A stretch of 64,000 bases of DNA from Glaucostegus cemiculus (Eukaryota), in NCBI GenBank assembly GCA_976551045.1, contig CDPCPM010000005.1, positions 20,460,001-20,524,000 of the forward strand, read 5' to 3'. Shown piece by piece: positions 13,088 to 24,500 of the stretch. Within the stretch, counting starts at the first letter, position 1; each line of letters begins with the position of its first letter. The notes below the pieces were generated by a model. The model was not told the DNA's origin and ran no database searches. It worked only from the letters and a program-made list of their open reading frames with translations. Position numbers and translations under genes: made by a program.

Positions 13088-16000
13088 ATTTATGAAGCTA
13101 AATGAAACCTTTGCAAATGACAACTTACTCAACCTAAGAAAACAATGTCTGCTACGTTTTATGTACCTGCTATAAATACTAATTCACAATTCTATATTTA
13201 TCTGAATTAAAGTAAAATGTTTTCTAAAAAATGAACTTGTGCAAGAACATTCAGTGAATCTCCATCTCTTCATTAGTCATTGCCTCTTTGTTCCTCCATC
13301 TGGGTAGCAGCAATACACTTATTACAGTTTCAGTAAATTTACAGTAACAAGACATTCCCTTGACAAATTAATCACTTTCCAAGCATTTTATCATATAAAT
13401 AAAATATCACCTCTGGTGGGAAATCAGTTAAATCAGTTGATTTAACCCATCTATCAGTTAGGCCTAACATCTTCCTATTTTTTTCTTAACAGATGGACTT
13501 TTCTGCTGACCAGGGGCCATTATAATCCACTTCAGAATTGAAGAATGCCTTCAGAAGTGACTGGGTGTAGATTGCTGAGTACATGGTGAATTACAGTATA
13601 TCATGGGAGATGTAGTTGGTGATGTAGAGACTACCTAGTGTCACTAAAATATGCAGAACACTGCACTGACCACAGCAGGACTTTTTATCTGAATTGATCT
13701 TAATAGGTTTGACGGGAACAAACCTAGGGGAAAAGCCAATCAAGAACTGCTTCTTTAACAGCTGGTCTGCATGGCAATAAGGCACCATAACCCTTCATTG
13801 AAGATGAGCTGATTTTATTTCCATATCATGACAACTAATTGATATTCTGAAGTAATGTGCACAGAAAAGGAGTTAATTTGAAGAGACTCCATTTCTCTGA
13901 GCCAAGGGCTAAAATACTCTTTTCCCTGGATTGGTGCAACTGCTGGTTATAAACGTAAAAGGTAAATACAGAAAATAAAATAAAAATTATAAAACGCCTG
14001 CAAGCAAATAGCAGGTTTGACAATATCTCAAAGAGTAAAGTTCATGTGGAGAATGAAGTTCCTCTGCAAGAACATGAATCGAAGTTTTCTCTTGCAGATG
14101 CTAATGGTCCTTCTGTGTATTAAATTGTTCCCTCCATTGGCTAAAGTATGGCCTGCACTCCTAAACTATATTATGCCGCACACCAAATATTACAGCTGTG
14201 CAATAACAAAATGGTAAAATGAGTTTGCTGTAGTTTGTTCTCAGGGAACATTTGAACTCAGCGCTTAAACTAACATTGTTCTTCTTTGATCAGCTAATAC
14301 AGAGAATTGTTGTACAAGCATTGTTCCTCATTTTAATGAATATTCATTACTCCACTCGGATGTTTAGTTGAATCTTGATAAAAAAATATGCATACATTAT
14401 ATTATAGCATCTCACGTTACTTTGGATTAATACCAGAATTATAATTTCCTAAAATACTTAAATTTGTTGTTAAGTGTTTAACAGGTTCTGTTCTCCACCA
14501 GAACAGCAGCAGTGGTAATGCAATTGGTCTGGATTATCCAAGGCTAAAATGCAAATGTAATCCAGGGATTCAAGCAAATATTGGAGTCAGTATGGTCTAG
14601 ATTTGGCTGAGTTATGATGCCTCTTGTGGTTGAATAGCTCACTAGCACTTACTGTCCAAGGCTTAAAATGAAGAATGGCTACCTGGGCATGGTGTTGAAG
14701 GAAGCCAGTTCCTGTGGAAGTGTGACCTACTGGGAATCTCTGCCCAGCAGAGGGGCCTTGTGTAAACATGACCAGCAAGCTGTGGTTAGTGCTCAAATTA
14801 AATCATTACTAGTTAGTGACACAAAAATGAGCTAGCAGCCTCTAGTGGTGCGTATGGTTCTAGCACTGCGGCACGACATATTTTCAATTGTTCCGTCATA
14901 TTTGACACCAAAAAATGTAAATTATCCTCTCCATTAGTATAAAGTAGAAAGACATCTTTGAATTCACATTGTGATCTGTGAAACCCAAATTGTGCCTGAA
15001 TTGTGGCAGCCGCCATGTTTGCTTAGGCAATTTTCAGTCATCCTAAACAGGCATTAATTTTCTTTAACAGGCAAACCGAGGTCCCACAAACAAAATTCAA
15101 GAACAAATAGTTGGAGCTTGCCCAAGGAATTCTCAGTTTCCCCTTTTGTGGGGTCTGAAGCATCAACTCTCTACCTGTTTTAGTCATATTGACCATATGC
15201 TCTGCAAATTTCAGGTCCAACATAAGTCTCAGTCATCGGACAGTTTGCATTTTTCAGTCTTTAAAATAAGACCAATGCTGCTGACAACTCCATGTGCATT
15301 TAAGATTCATGTAAGTTTAGTCAAAGTAACTGTAACTTTCCATTTACAATGTTAGTCTGAAGTTACATTGTAATTGATGGAGGACAAAAACTTTTACAAT
15401 CTTGTCTCCTGAAGGGTAAAGTTTCTACCTTTCTCTGTCCTGCAATATAATAGAAGATATCAAATGCAGTTTTTGTTAAAGTATTCAGATGTACTGCATT
15501 TTGTAATTGCAACTGGTGAACTAAATAACCCATTATATCTTACATAGTTAGCTTTTAAAAATAAATTTCCACTCAAAGGGAGTACAGTTGGTTTTGGATG
15601 TTCAAAATGGATCTTTTATCCAGAAATAAAAAAAATTCAAGTGTTTCAGATACTCCACTGTGCATCTCTCTGTGAACTAGCTGAAACACAGACAAATGGG
15701 CTAGATAGATATATTTTCTTTAAACTCCTTGTTTGATTTATTCCCCCTCTTTTAGTTCTATGTTTTCCAATTGTGTTTTTTTCATTTGAAATCCCATATC
15801 AGATTTACAAAGATTGCTCAGCAAGTAAGTTGATGACAGGGTATAATAAATGCACAGTCTTGATGTTCTAAAGAGGTTCTAGCAAATTTACTAATGCTTA
15901 ATGCTCTGTTAAAGGGATACTACCCTACAAATAAATCACATCTTTTTATTTCCTCTTCCTACAAAACAAAAATGTCCAGAACTATTCCTATTCTTGCCTG

Positions 16001-19000
16001 ATACAGTCAAGAAAAATGTCCGGTAACAGTCCAGATAAAGATAATTTGGTTGTGATTTCCTCTATGATCTATATACAGTATCTAAATCTATATGCAAATA
16101 GAAGCTTTCAAGCATTTAACACAATCCCCAGCATCTAGGGTGAGAGCTTTCAGTTTACATTGGCTGCTTAAATAATTTACTCTGCTTGCTTGCCTATTGG
16201 CACTGAAGCTGCTCCGGTAAAACCCACAAAGCACACTCTGAATAACCAGATGGACTAACTATGCAGCAGGTGGGACAGATGGCACACAGCCCTGTCTGAC
16301 GCTGGATGCTTCAGCTCGAACTAGCTTCCTTCCAGGTATATTAGCATCAATCTAGCAGAAACCAATTTTCATCTGAAATTCTGTTGCTTATTTATGGTCT
16401 CATTCATTTCAACTTTAAAACCTTATGTTCACCAAAAACTTGTAATACTGTCCTACTTTGTCAAGGGAAGCTAAGAAACTACTTGCAGTACAAGTAACAA
16501 TATGATTATCCCCAGTAATAAAATGGTAGCTAATCTTAATATATAAGCTTTAAATTTAAACACCAGCTAAAGCTTTTTAAGATGACCTGAGGAAAGACGG
16601 GAGAATACACATGTGGAAGCAGATTGAACACTTGCAGATAAGTGCAACTTCTGAAAACTGAGGTTTTACATCACCTTAGTAAACTGATATGCACATGCTC
16701 AAATTGGTAAGTCTGGTTGTTCATATATCTCCACAGAATGTTAAGCCAGAGAGGGCGTAAGTCACCCATCAATTGTAATCTTCTTCCCTTCCTTATTATA
16801 AGTCTTGAAGCATACTTTATAAGAACTTTGTCCTCGGATTTTAAACAGATGTGCTCTACTTCTCTCATTTTTCTTCCCTAAAGTTGCAGTTAATTACCAG
16901 ACTAAGATCAGTAACTGTGAAATATGAAGTACAGCTGGTTAGGCTAAAGTTATACTGCAGGCAGCAAATCACACTTTGCATGCTGGGTATAATAAAGGCT
17001 TGTTCTCCATGTATTTTACTGGAGAAAGAATCGACCGAAGCAGGCACTTATCCACAATATTAAAAATATCCAGTGTGAAGTTTTTAGAGGGGTAAATCTT
17101 CTAACAGAGCATCTTTGCACTTTTTAAATCCAGGCTCACGTCAGTCTGGGAATGCAATGCACATGATATTCATCCCAGTGTTATGACATTTGACTTTAGT
17201 GCATTTAAAGTCCAATTGTCACCTGACTCCTAAGTTTTACTATAGCTTTGCATAAGGGCCAAAGGGATCTATGTGTACAGTCCAAGTAAGTGAAGACCTT
17301 GAGCCAGCACACTTTAAAAAACATGTCAGTAAACAATTGTCAAACTCAAGTTAATTTTGGTTTAATAATATAATTTTGAAAGCTTGAAAGATTTGAACAA
17401 CAATTCAAAACAAAACAAAAAATTGGACAATGTGTTCTTAAACTGGAAGGTTGGAGAGCTCCCGACGGCACCCTGCTCTTTGTTTAGAAAATAAACCCAA
17501 CCCAGCAGAAGACCACTTCACGCTTTGGTTTGGTCTGTTTGGGTTGCCAACAATCTTCTGGAGCAAGCCTGTTTTATGCATTGCATACACCAGCTGCTGA
17601 CTAGATTTTAACCAAACTGTTTTGTTTTAAGGAGTGACCTGTGTTATGCACACAAACCACCTCACCTAACCCAACTTTTTATACGCAATCTTAAAGGAAG
17701 GGGGAAATAAAAGGAAAGATGGAAGGGTTTGCCCTGGTGCAATGCACAAGGCTGAAAGTTGCGACCAATGGCACAGAATGGCAACATTCCCGCACTCTGT
17801 CAGAGCTAACTAGCATCTGCTTTTATCAGTGCTTTGTACGATGGGTTTTGGTGACATGCTACTGAACACCAGCATCATTCTGTCAAGACAAATTTGAGGC
17901 ACATAGAGAGGACTAAATTGCAATTTATGATGCTGATTACAGAGAATAAAGATCGCTGCAGTGGTCACTGTTCCTTCAAAATGTGCTAACAAAATATAGT
18001 TGTAGAAGGTGTAATGTGGCTACAATTGAAGACTACACTGCTCAACATAAAATTAAAATCTGGCTTTCTATCCAAGCAGGAGCTGAGGAATTTAGAAAAA
18101 GTACTTGACAAAAAGGTCCATATATTAATTACAAAATCCACAGGGACTATCCTGGAGTTCAGCAGCAGCAACCAGCTGAGGTATTATTGAATTACTCTAA
18201 CTGATAAGGGGTTTACATGCAAAAGCTTTCCAAAAAAAAATCTTTAAAAAAATAAAATAGCCTTCAACTGTTTGAAATAGCTTTTAAACTTTTTTTGGTG
18301 TATATAAAAATAAAATCAGTGCTTAAAAATGTATTCTTCAATATTCTTACTGTAACAAATTGAAAAACTAACCCTCTAGATTGCTTGCTTGCCTAAAGCA
18401 GACTGAATGAAAATGAAATAGCTGCACTAAATCGACTTTGGGAAAAGGTAGTCATTTTACTTAGGTCTCCTCGGTTGAATTATCCAACACTGTCGCAAGG
18501 AGAAAAAAATTCAAACATTGAGATGCCACAGCATGGCTTACCGCTGTTTGAATTGAAATCCGAAGTATGAATCATTGAGTTTCACTGATGTAAAACTTGG
18601 CATTTTATTCACACTGGGTAACAAGCTGCCTCCAGAAATGATTGCTCGTGCCTATTCAAAATATATCAACATTTCAAAGCTCTCATCATTTTACCGAATA
18701 GCTGAACAGAACAATTACAACAGTTAAGACACGTTCCATGTTATCTGAGGCAACATCATGATAAAAAAAAGTATTACAAATAGAATGCAGCCACAATTAA
18801 TGAACTCAGGAGCCTTTGCTCAGTTAGCCACTTAATGCATGGTTTACTTACGTTTTTGAAATGGGCATTTAAAAAGGTAATAAGTTAATGCTAATTTCAG
18901 AATTTCCAAACACTATTCTAATATCTTGTGCAAGAGTATTAAAATAAAATATATATATCTAAGTATACATTAAGGTTATTTCCAAGCCAAAGAATAATGC

Positions 19001-20816
19001 ATGCACAGGCAGCATAACCTAAGAAATGACAAGGGAGTAAGATGAACCTTTAGCAGCAGGAGGGCATAAAATCACCCTTTAAGTTATCTGCTTGAGAATT
19101 TGCAGACTGGACAATTGGTTAACAGAAGCATTGGGTCTCAAGTGAAACTGGACATATACTTGTTCTGAAATCTCTTATCTGTCTAACCTGCTGGGATTAG
19201 TTTAACACAGTAAAGCCAATTATAGCACTTGCCATTACGCCAGCTTTCTACAAAGCACCTACCCCCCACCCATCTCCATACATGCACTTTAAGTCTGTGC
19301 GCTGTCCTTAAGTGTGGAATGAATATTTCCTCTTGATTTCCAGAAAGGATAATAATATGAATTAAGCCAAGTATATGCCATGATTTAGCAGCATTTTTAA
19401 GCAGGCAAGACCCATTCCATCTGTGGAGCTGTGGCCACATGATTGATTGGACAGGTGTCATTCATACTAATGTTAAAACCTGACAGTGCTGATCTGTAAG
19501 GCTCTACTGACTAATACAATCTGAAGCCAATTACATAGCTCCATATGGGTACAGTAAAGGAGCCACTGCAATGAACAACCGCGCCTGGCTCACGCCTAGA
19601 GTGGTCATTTAAGAGAAGGCCATTTTGTCCAGCAAGAGCTAAATCTGGCTTGCTGCACCACCCTTTAACGTGGCGCTTATTAATTTATATTTTGTTTAAA
19701 TCTGAGATGAGTCTCTATGATGAACAAGCAGGCACTTCAAAGGAAACAAAGCAGGTAAAGTAACATTAAGAATCTGATGCGCCACTTTTTTTTGTGGCTT
19801 AAAGTCCGGGGAGGTAAAAGCAACGGAAGAAGCTGTAACTGAGTATCAAACAGGCAAGATTGTTCGTGTCAAAGCCACACCATCAAACACACGTGAAGTA
19901 TGATTGGGGACACAGAGGGTAAATATTTCACTGTCTGGCAGTATTGAAAGCTGCAATTCATTTCTTTCTTGGTTTAGGACAATGACAATTTAATACAAGG
20001 CGAGTGAATGTAAAAGAGATAATACTGCACAAACTGCTTCAGTGTAATCGCCTATTTCCTCTAGAGAGCTTAACCACAGGCACAGATACACATTCCAAGC
20101 AGATCAAAAATATATTGCTTTTTTCCACAGTCTCGCCAATTAAAATATTATTTGTAGAATTCTAATCTTTGTAACATATAGTGAACACAAAGCCAGGGAA
20201 TATATTTATTTTATAAAAAAGCTTTGTGTGGGAATGAAATCAGGAGTCACATGGGTTTTATTTTAACTGCAGGTTAATTACTATAGCACAGGAGGCTCTG
20301 ACAACAAAAGAGTGCAGCAAAATGCATTCAAATGAACACACTAAATAGCCTCTTCCCTCTGAATGCAAGGTTGTCATAGAGTACATCTTGCATCTTTCAA
20401 ATGGAGCATCTGACCTCCTGCAATATTTAAAGCTCCGTGCAAATATGCAAAACCTGCTGAACAGCAGGAGAAAACTCCATTTCAAGATGTGAAGGTATTT
20501 TCATACAGGTTTGTGACGTTCGTCCTATACCCCGTGCCTGTTGCTGACTTGAGCAGGGGGCGATCATTTAAAGAGACGAATGGTACAATGAAAAGTGAGT
20601 GAACTTGATACAACTTGTCAGCTAGATTATATTCTCCCTTTCCTTGTTTTGCTGCAAGCTGCCAGTTAAAAAAAATCTTAGCTTAGATTCAGAAACAAAA
20701 GCCATGTGTACAAATTTCATTTGGATGCAACTACATCAAATGGATTATAAAAGACAATCATACAAATTAGCTTTCAGAACAAAACAAAACATAGCATTAA
20801 AAAAAGGATCCTCGCA

Positions 20817-20888
20817 TCTCTCTCTCTCTCCCTTTCTCCCACACATACACATACACACACAGGCACAGACACACTCACACACACAGAC
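20817..20888. repeat. (CT)n/(CA)n microsatellite
   Basis: tctctctctctctc...acacatacacatacacacac...acacagac. Confidence 0.8.
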
Positions 20889-20892
20889 AAAC

Positions 20893-21103
20893 CTTGTCCA
20901 TTCCGTTGGCTTTTTCACATCTTTGGCTACATTACAAATAGCAGCACAATATGCAGTAACAGTAGACTGCTTCTGGGAATCTGGAGATAATTCAGAGAAC
21001 ATCCGTTGCACAGAAGAGTAGGACGTAATCCTGGCACAAAACATGCAAGCAGGCAGCACAGACACACAGGGACATACACATATACAACAAATCCCCAATA
21101 GCC
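20893..21103 (-). other. Candidate alternative ESRRG exon (211 bp) with in-frame ATG at 21044
   Basis: Polypyrimidine tract and acceptor ctttttgttttacag|GGC at 21104/21103; donor GGACAAG|gtttgt at 20893/20892. The phase-2 junction is in frame with exon 2. Confidence 0.4.
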
Positions 21104-21146
21104 CTGTAAAACAAAAAGCCCAGAATGGAAAGAAAAGGGTACCTAC

Positions 21147-21202
21147 TCTTCGTTGTAGTGGAGAGAAAAAGATTCAGGGAGACAAAGTTCTACAAAATCC
21201 AT
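21147..21202 (-). CDS. ESRRG: ESRRG coding exon 1 (56 bp, N-terminus of the long isoform)
   Basis: Minus strand ATG GAT TTT GTA GAA CTT TGT CTC CCT GAA TCT TTT TCT CTC CAC TAC AAC GAA GA|gtaggt = MDFVELCLPESFSLHYNEE, versus human MDSVELCLPESFSLHYEEE as recalled. The phase-2 donor joins exon 2 in frame (GA|G CTT CTC TGC AGA ATG). Confidence 0.95.
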
Positions 21203-21371
21203 GTGCGCTCAGCACCATTATTCGAGCCCACACTCCTGGCAATAAATCAAAGTTCCCTGACAGAGTGGCGCAATTAACACAAATGTTCTCTGGTGACAGC
21301 CTATAGGCAAAGCCAGCTGGGACCAGGCTCGCACTCTCCTAATCAAGGTCTTAAAGTCCCGATTGTAGCTT
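21203..21371 (-). other. ESRRG: 5' UTR of ESRRG exon 1
   Basis: Minus strand AAGCTACAATCGGGACTTTAAGACCTTGATTAGGAGAGTG...GCCTATAGGCTGTCACCAGAGAACATTTGTGTTAATTGC...GGAACTTTGATTTAT...AATAATGGTGCTGAGCGCACATG closely resembles the mammalian ESRRG 5'UTR as I recall it. The 5' end is approximate. Confidence 0.75.
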
Positions 21372-21560
21372 ATTAATATGAAGCAGGTCTTTACATATGC
21401 AATCCCCGACCTCACCAGTCATCGCATTGGTGGGATTGTAGCCACTCAGAGCAAAGCACTGCAGACAGGACAATTCCTACACTGGCTAAGGGAAGCAATG
21501 CAGGTACAGTAGGCGGGAAGTCAGTAAACTGGGAGGAGGGAGACAAAATTCCACAACCAT
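21372..21560 (-). promoter_or_regulatory. Proximal ESRRG promoter
   Basis: Directly upstream of the UTR. AT-rich ATATTAATA at ~21371-21379, CCAAT on the minus strand at 21426-21430, ACTTCCCGCC (ETS/E2F-like) at ~21512-21521, and locally retained CpGs. Confidence 0.55.
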
Positions 21561-24500
21561 ATAGAGTACAGCATTGAAAGCACAATTTCTATTAGTCTTA
21601 AAGCACTGCAAAAAAATCTTAAAGGGACAATATTCATATACCTCTGCAAAAGTTTCTGTGAAAATGACAAAGCAAGCAAACAAATTATTTTACAAGTTTC
21701 TGATCATTATTTTGCCTCTAGTTTTCTAGATAAATTTTACATGCATTATTACTGAAAGCACTATGGTGTAACCTTTTTAGCATTTCTTATATAAAAACAC
21801 TAAGGCATTTTATTCCTTTTGGAACTGAGTAGTCTTTGCAAAAAGTCCAGCTTGTATGGCCCAGTCAAGTATTTTAAAATCACACAGCGTTCTATGTTTT
21901 AGACATAATAGGGAAAAATCTAAATACAGTCTACACCATAAACTGAAAGTTCCTTTGAAAGGAAGGCTTGAGATTTTCACCTTTTTGAAATGTAAGTTTA
22001 GGTTGGTTAATAGGCTTTACATATTATTCTATTTCAGTGAATTTTGCAAACCACCAGCTTTTATTTAATGCCACTTGTAAATTTAGCACAAAGCTGAGAG
22101 TTAAGAATTAATGAGAGAAAATTTAATTGGGGTGTTTCCCATCTTCATACCCAGTTTGAAAACTATGGATGCACCAGAAGTATGATGACAAATGCTTCCC
22201 TTGTGCAAACACCGATATCTTTCCTGCGTTGACATGAATTGCCTGCTACAGAGCAATACGACAATGTGGCTTGAAGCAATTGTAGAAAGGCTAACCGGCG
22301 TCAAAGCCATTGCAGGAACTGTTCTGAAATACAGCTCCTCCAATCATGGTCTCCTTCAAATAATGCGAGCTCCAACAGCTGGCTGTCTCTCTGCATTCCG
22401 TTAACCCAATGTAAACCCTTTTTAGTGTCCAAAAGCAAGGCTGTCTCAGAATTGCTTCTGATGTTAAATTAACCATTCAGCAAGCACAGTGTTGCTGGCA
22501 GTTGCTTTCCTGAAAGGGTTTCCTAAAGATCTGGTAATCAGTCAGGACAAGTTGAAAATATTTAACAAAGAAGAATTCTGTCTAATTATCGAATGGCTGA
22601 AGACCAGTTTCAAGTACACTTGCGGATTCCATCAATATCTAGTTTCATTGTCTCTAGACTTAATAAAAAAGATTCTATGTATATTCATCATGCAATCAAA
22701 GACTATGTTGGTAAATTCTACTAGATTAATACCTACAATTAACACAAAAAATAATTCAGAAACTAAACTTCATGTGTTTTGAGTTTTCATACCTCCTCAT
22801 TTTATAATTTAAATTCAACTAAATTAAATAGTAATTAATATTATTGCATTTCACTCTGCCACATAACACGTAACAAAGTGGTATACTTGAGATATATATT
22901 TTGCTGTCACATTAGGAGATCCTAGCATTTTATAGGCAGTGTAAGCATAGTCTTTTCCTCCGTCCAGGAACACATTTTTCCTAGACCACATTATGCTCCT
23001 TTAGATAAAACGCCACATGCCTGCATCAAGCCCTTTTGACTTTCAAATCACCCATGAGAACATTTTAAATAGAAACAAGATGTTTATCTTAGTTCGGACC
23101 TTTCCATTTAAAGAGCCATTACACATAATTAAGGAGAATTTTTATTAATCCTTTCTGGGTACAAACAGGAGGAACAACAGTGAACCCTAGCTCCATCAAA
23201 CACACATGACTGGCCGTTAATATTGTTATATTTTGTACTGACAGTACATACCTACAATCTATTTCATCTATGATTTGCTGCTTAGAAGAAATGTTATCAT
23301 GTGCAATGGCCTGGATCATATGGTATTGACCAGCCCGACACATTTCACATTTATTTGTGTCGAATCCTGATTTTTGGTGGGGTTGTGTCAACTAACCACA
23401 ACAGGTACAAACAGAACCTGCAAAATCTGCCTCATCTTAGACTCAGCCACTTTGCACTTGTTAACATCAGAATTCTGCATCCTTTCTGAACATAAACTTT
23501 ACATTAACCTGATGTTTGGCAATAAGCATAGATGAAAGCATAAGCAATGTGCTGTGTACTTGTATACAGAATGCTTCACAAAGCCTGTGCGAACATAAAA
23601 CTGATCAACAGAGTTACACTAAAAGTAGCCCAGTGACCACAGCGATATCTGCCGTGCTGTAAAACCACTCCTTCATGGGAGAGTGTGACAGGGAGGAGGT
23701 CACAAAGAATTTTAGCACAATGCCATAGAAACAGTGCAATTTAAAAATAAACCAGACAACATGCCACACAACTTTCCGTACCAGTGATCTGAACACCGAT
23801 ACAAATTCTCTTAAAACAAAATAGAATATTCCAGGAATCTGATAGCATTTCCTTGCATTTTTATTTTTCCAAATGTTATCAGTGTGGTATCATATCTGTA
23901 CAATTCTTACACCCAAGCATGCAGAATACCAGTTCATTTTGTGAAGTGGACTGCAAATTCTACAAATATGGTATTACTCTGGTCTTCATAAGTTATTAAT
24001 TTCTAAATTTAGTCAGATTAATTTTGATTGTTCCATTAATGGCAAAGTCATCATAACAGGTAATGTACTGAATGTTCCTTAAAAATATTAATTTCTCTAA
24101 CCTGGTGTGCCCTCCTGATATGTAAATTCAAACACCTAACATGGAGCAAAGCATTATCTAAATATAAAAATCACTCAAATAAAACAAACTTTCAGTCTAA
24201 TGGATGTAAATACAACGCTTTATCCTGCAAGTCTCCTGCAGTAATTCGTGGATTAAAATAGACACAGAACTGTTCATATGTGGCCACAGTTCTCTCTGAA
24301 ACATAAATGCAAAGTATTCAATGCAATTCAAGACTATTCTAAAAAGTCCTACACTGAAAAGCAGGTCATTGCAACAAAGAAAGGAAAAGATTAAATGCTA
24401 TGTAAATTTACATTTAGAAGAGTATTTACTGTATTTTTTACAGTTGCAAGACCAAGGGGGAAAAAAAACAACATTTAGGATTAAGAAGAAAACCAAACAC

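Larger units (their letters stand above)
1444..21146 (-). other. ESRRG: ESRRG intron between coding exons 1 and 2 (19,703 bp, GT-AG, phase 2)
   Basis: Bounded by donor gtaggt (21146) and acceptor ttttcacag (1444). Confidence 0.92.

Noticed and set aside
13500-16900. Search for an orthologue of the mammalian alternative ESRRG exon recalled as MWRECDWGLGAVKSDLACVPSAKR
   Set aside because: No convincing match was found by eye.
20644-21021. 125-aa plus-strand ORF near exon 1
   Set aside because: Antisense to ESRRG, runs through a microsatellite and has no homology cues.
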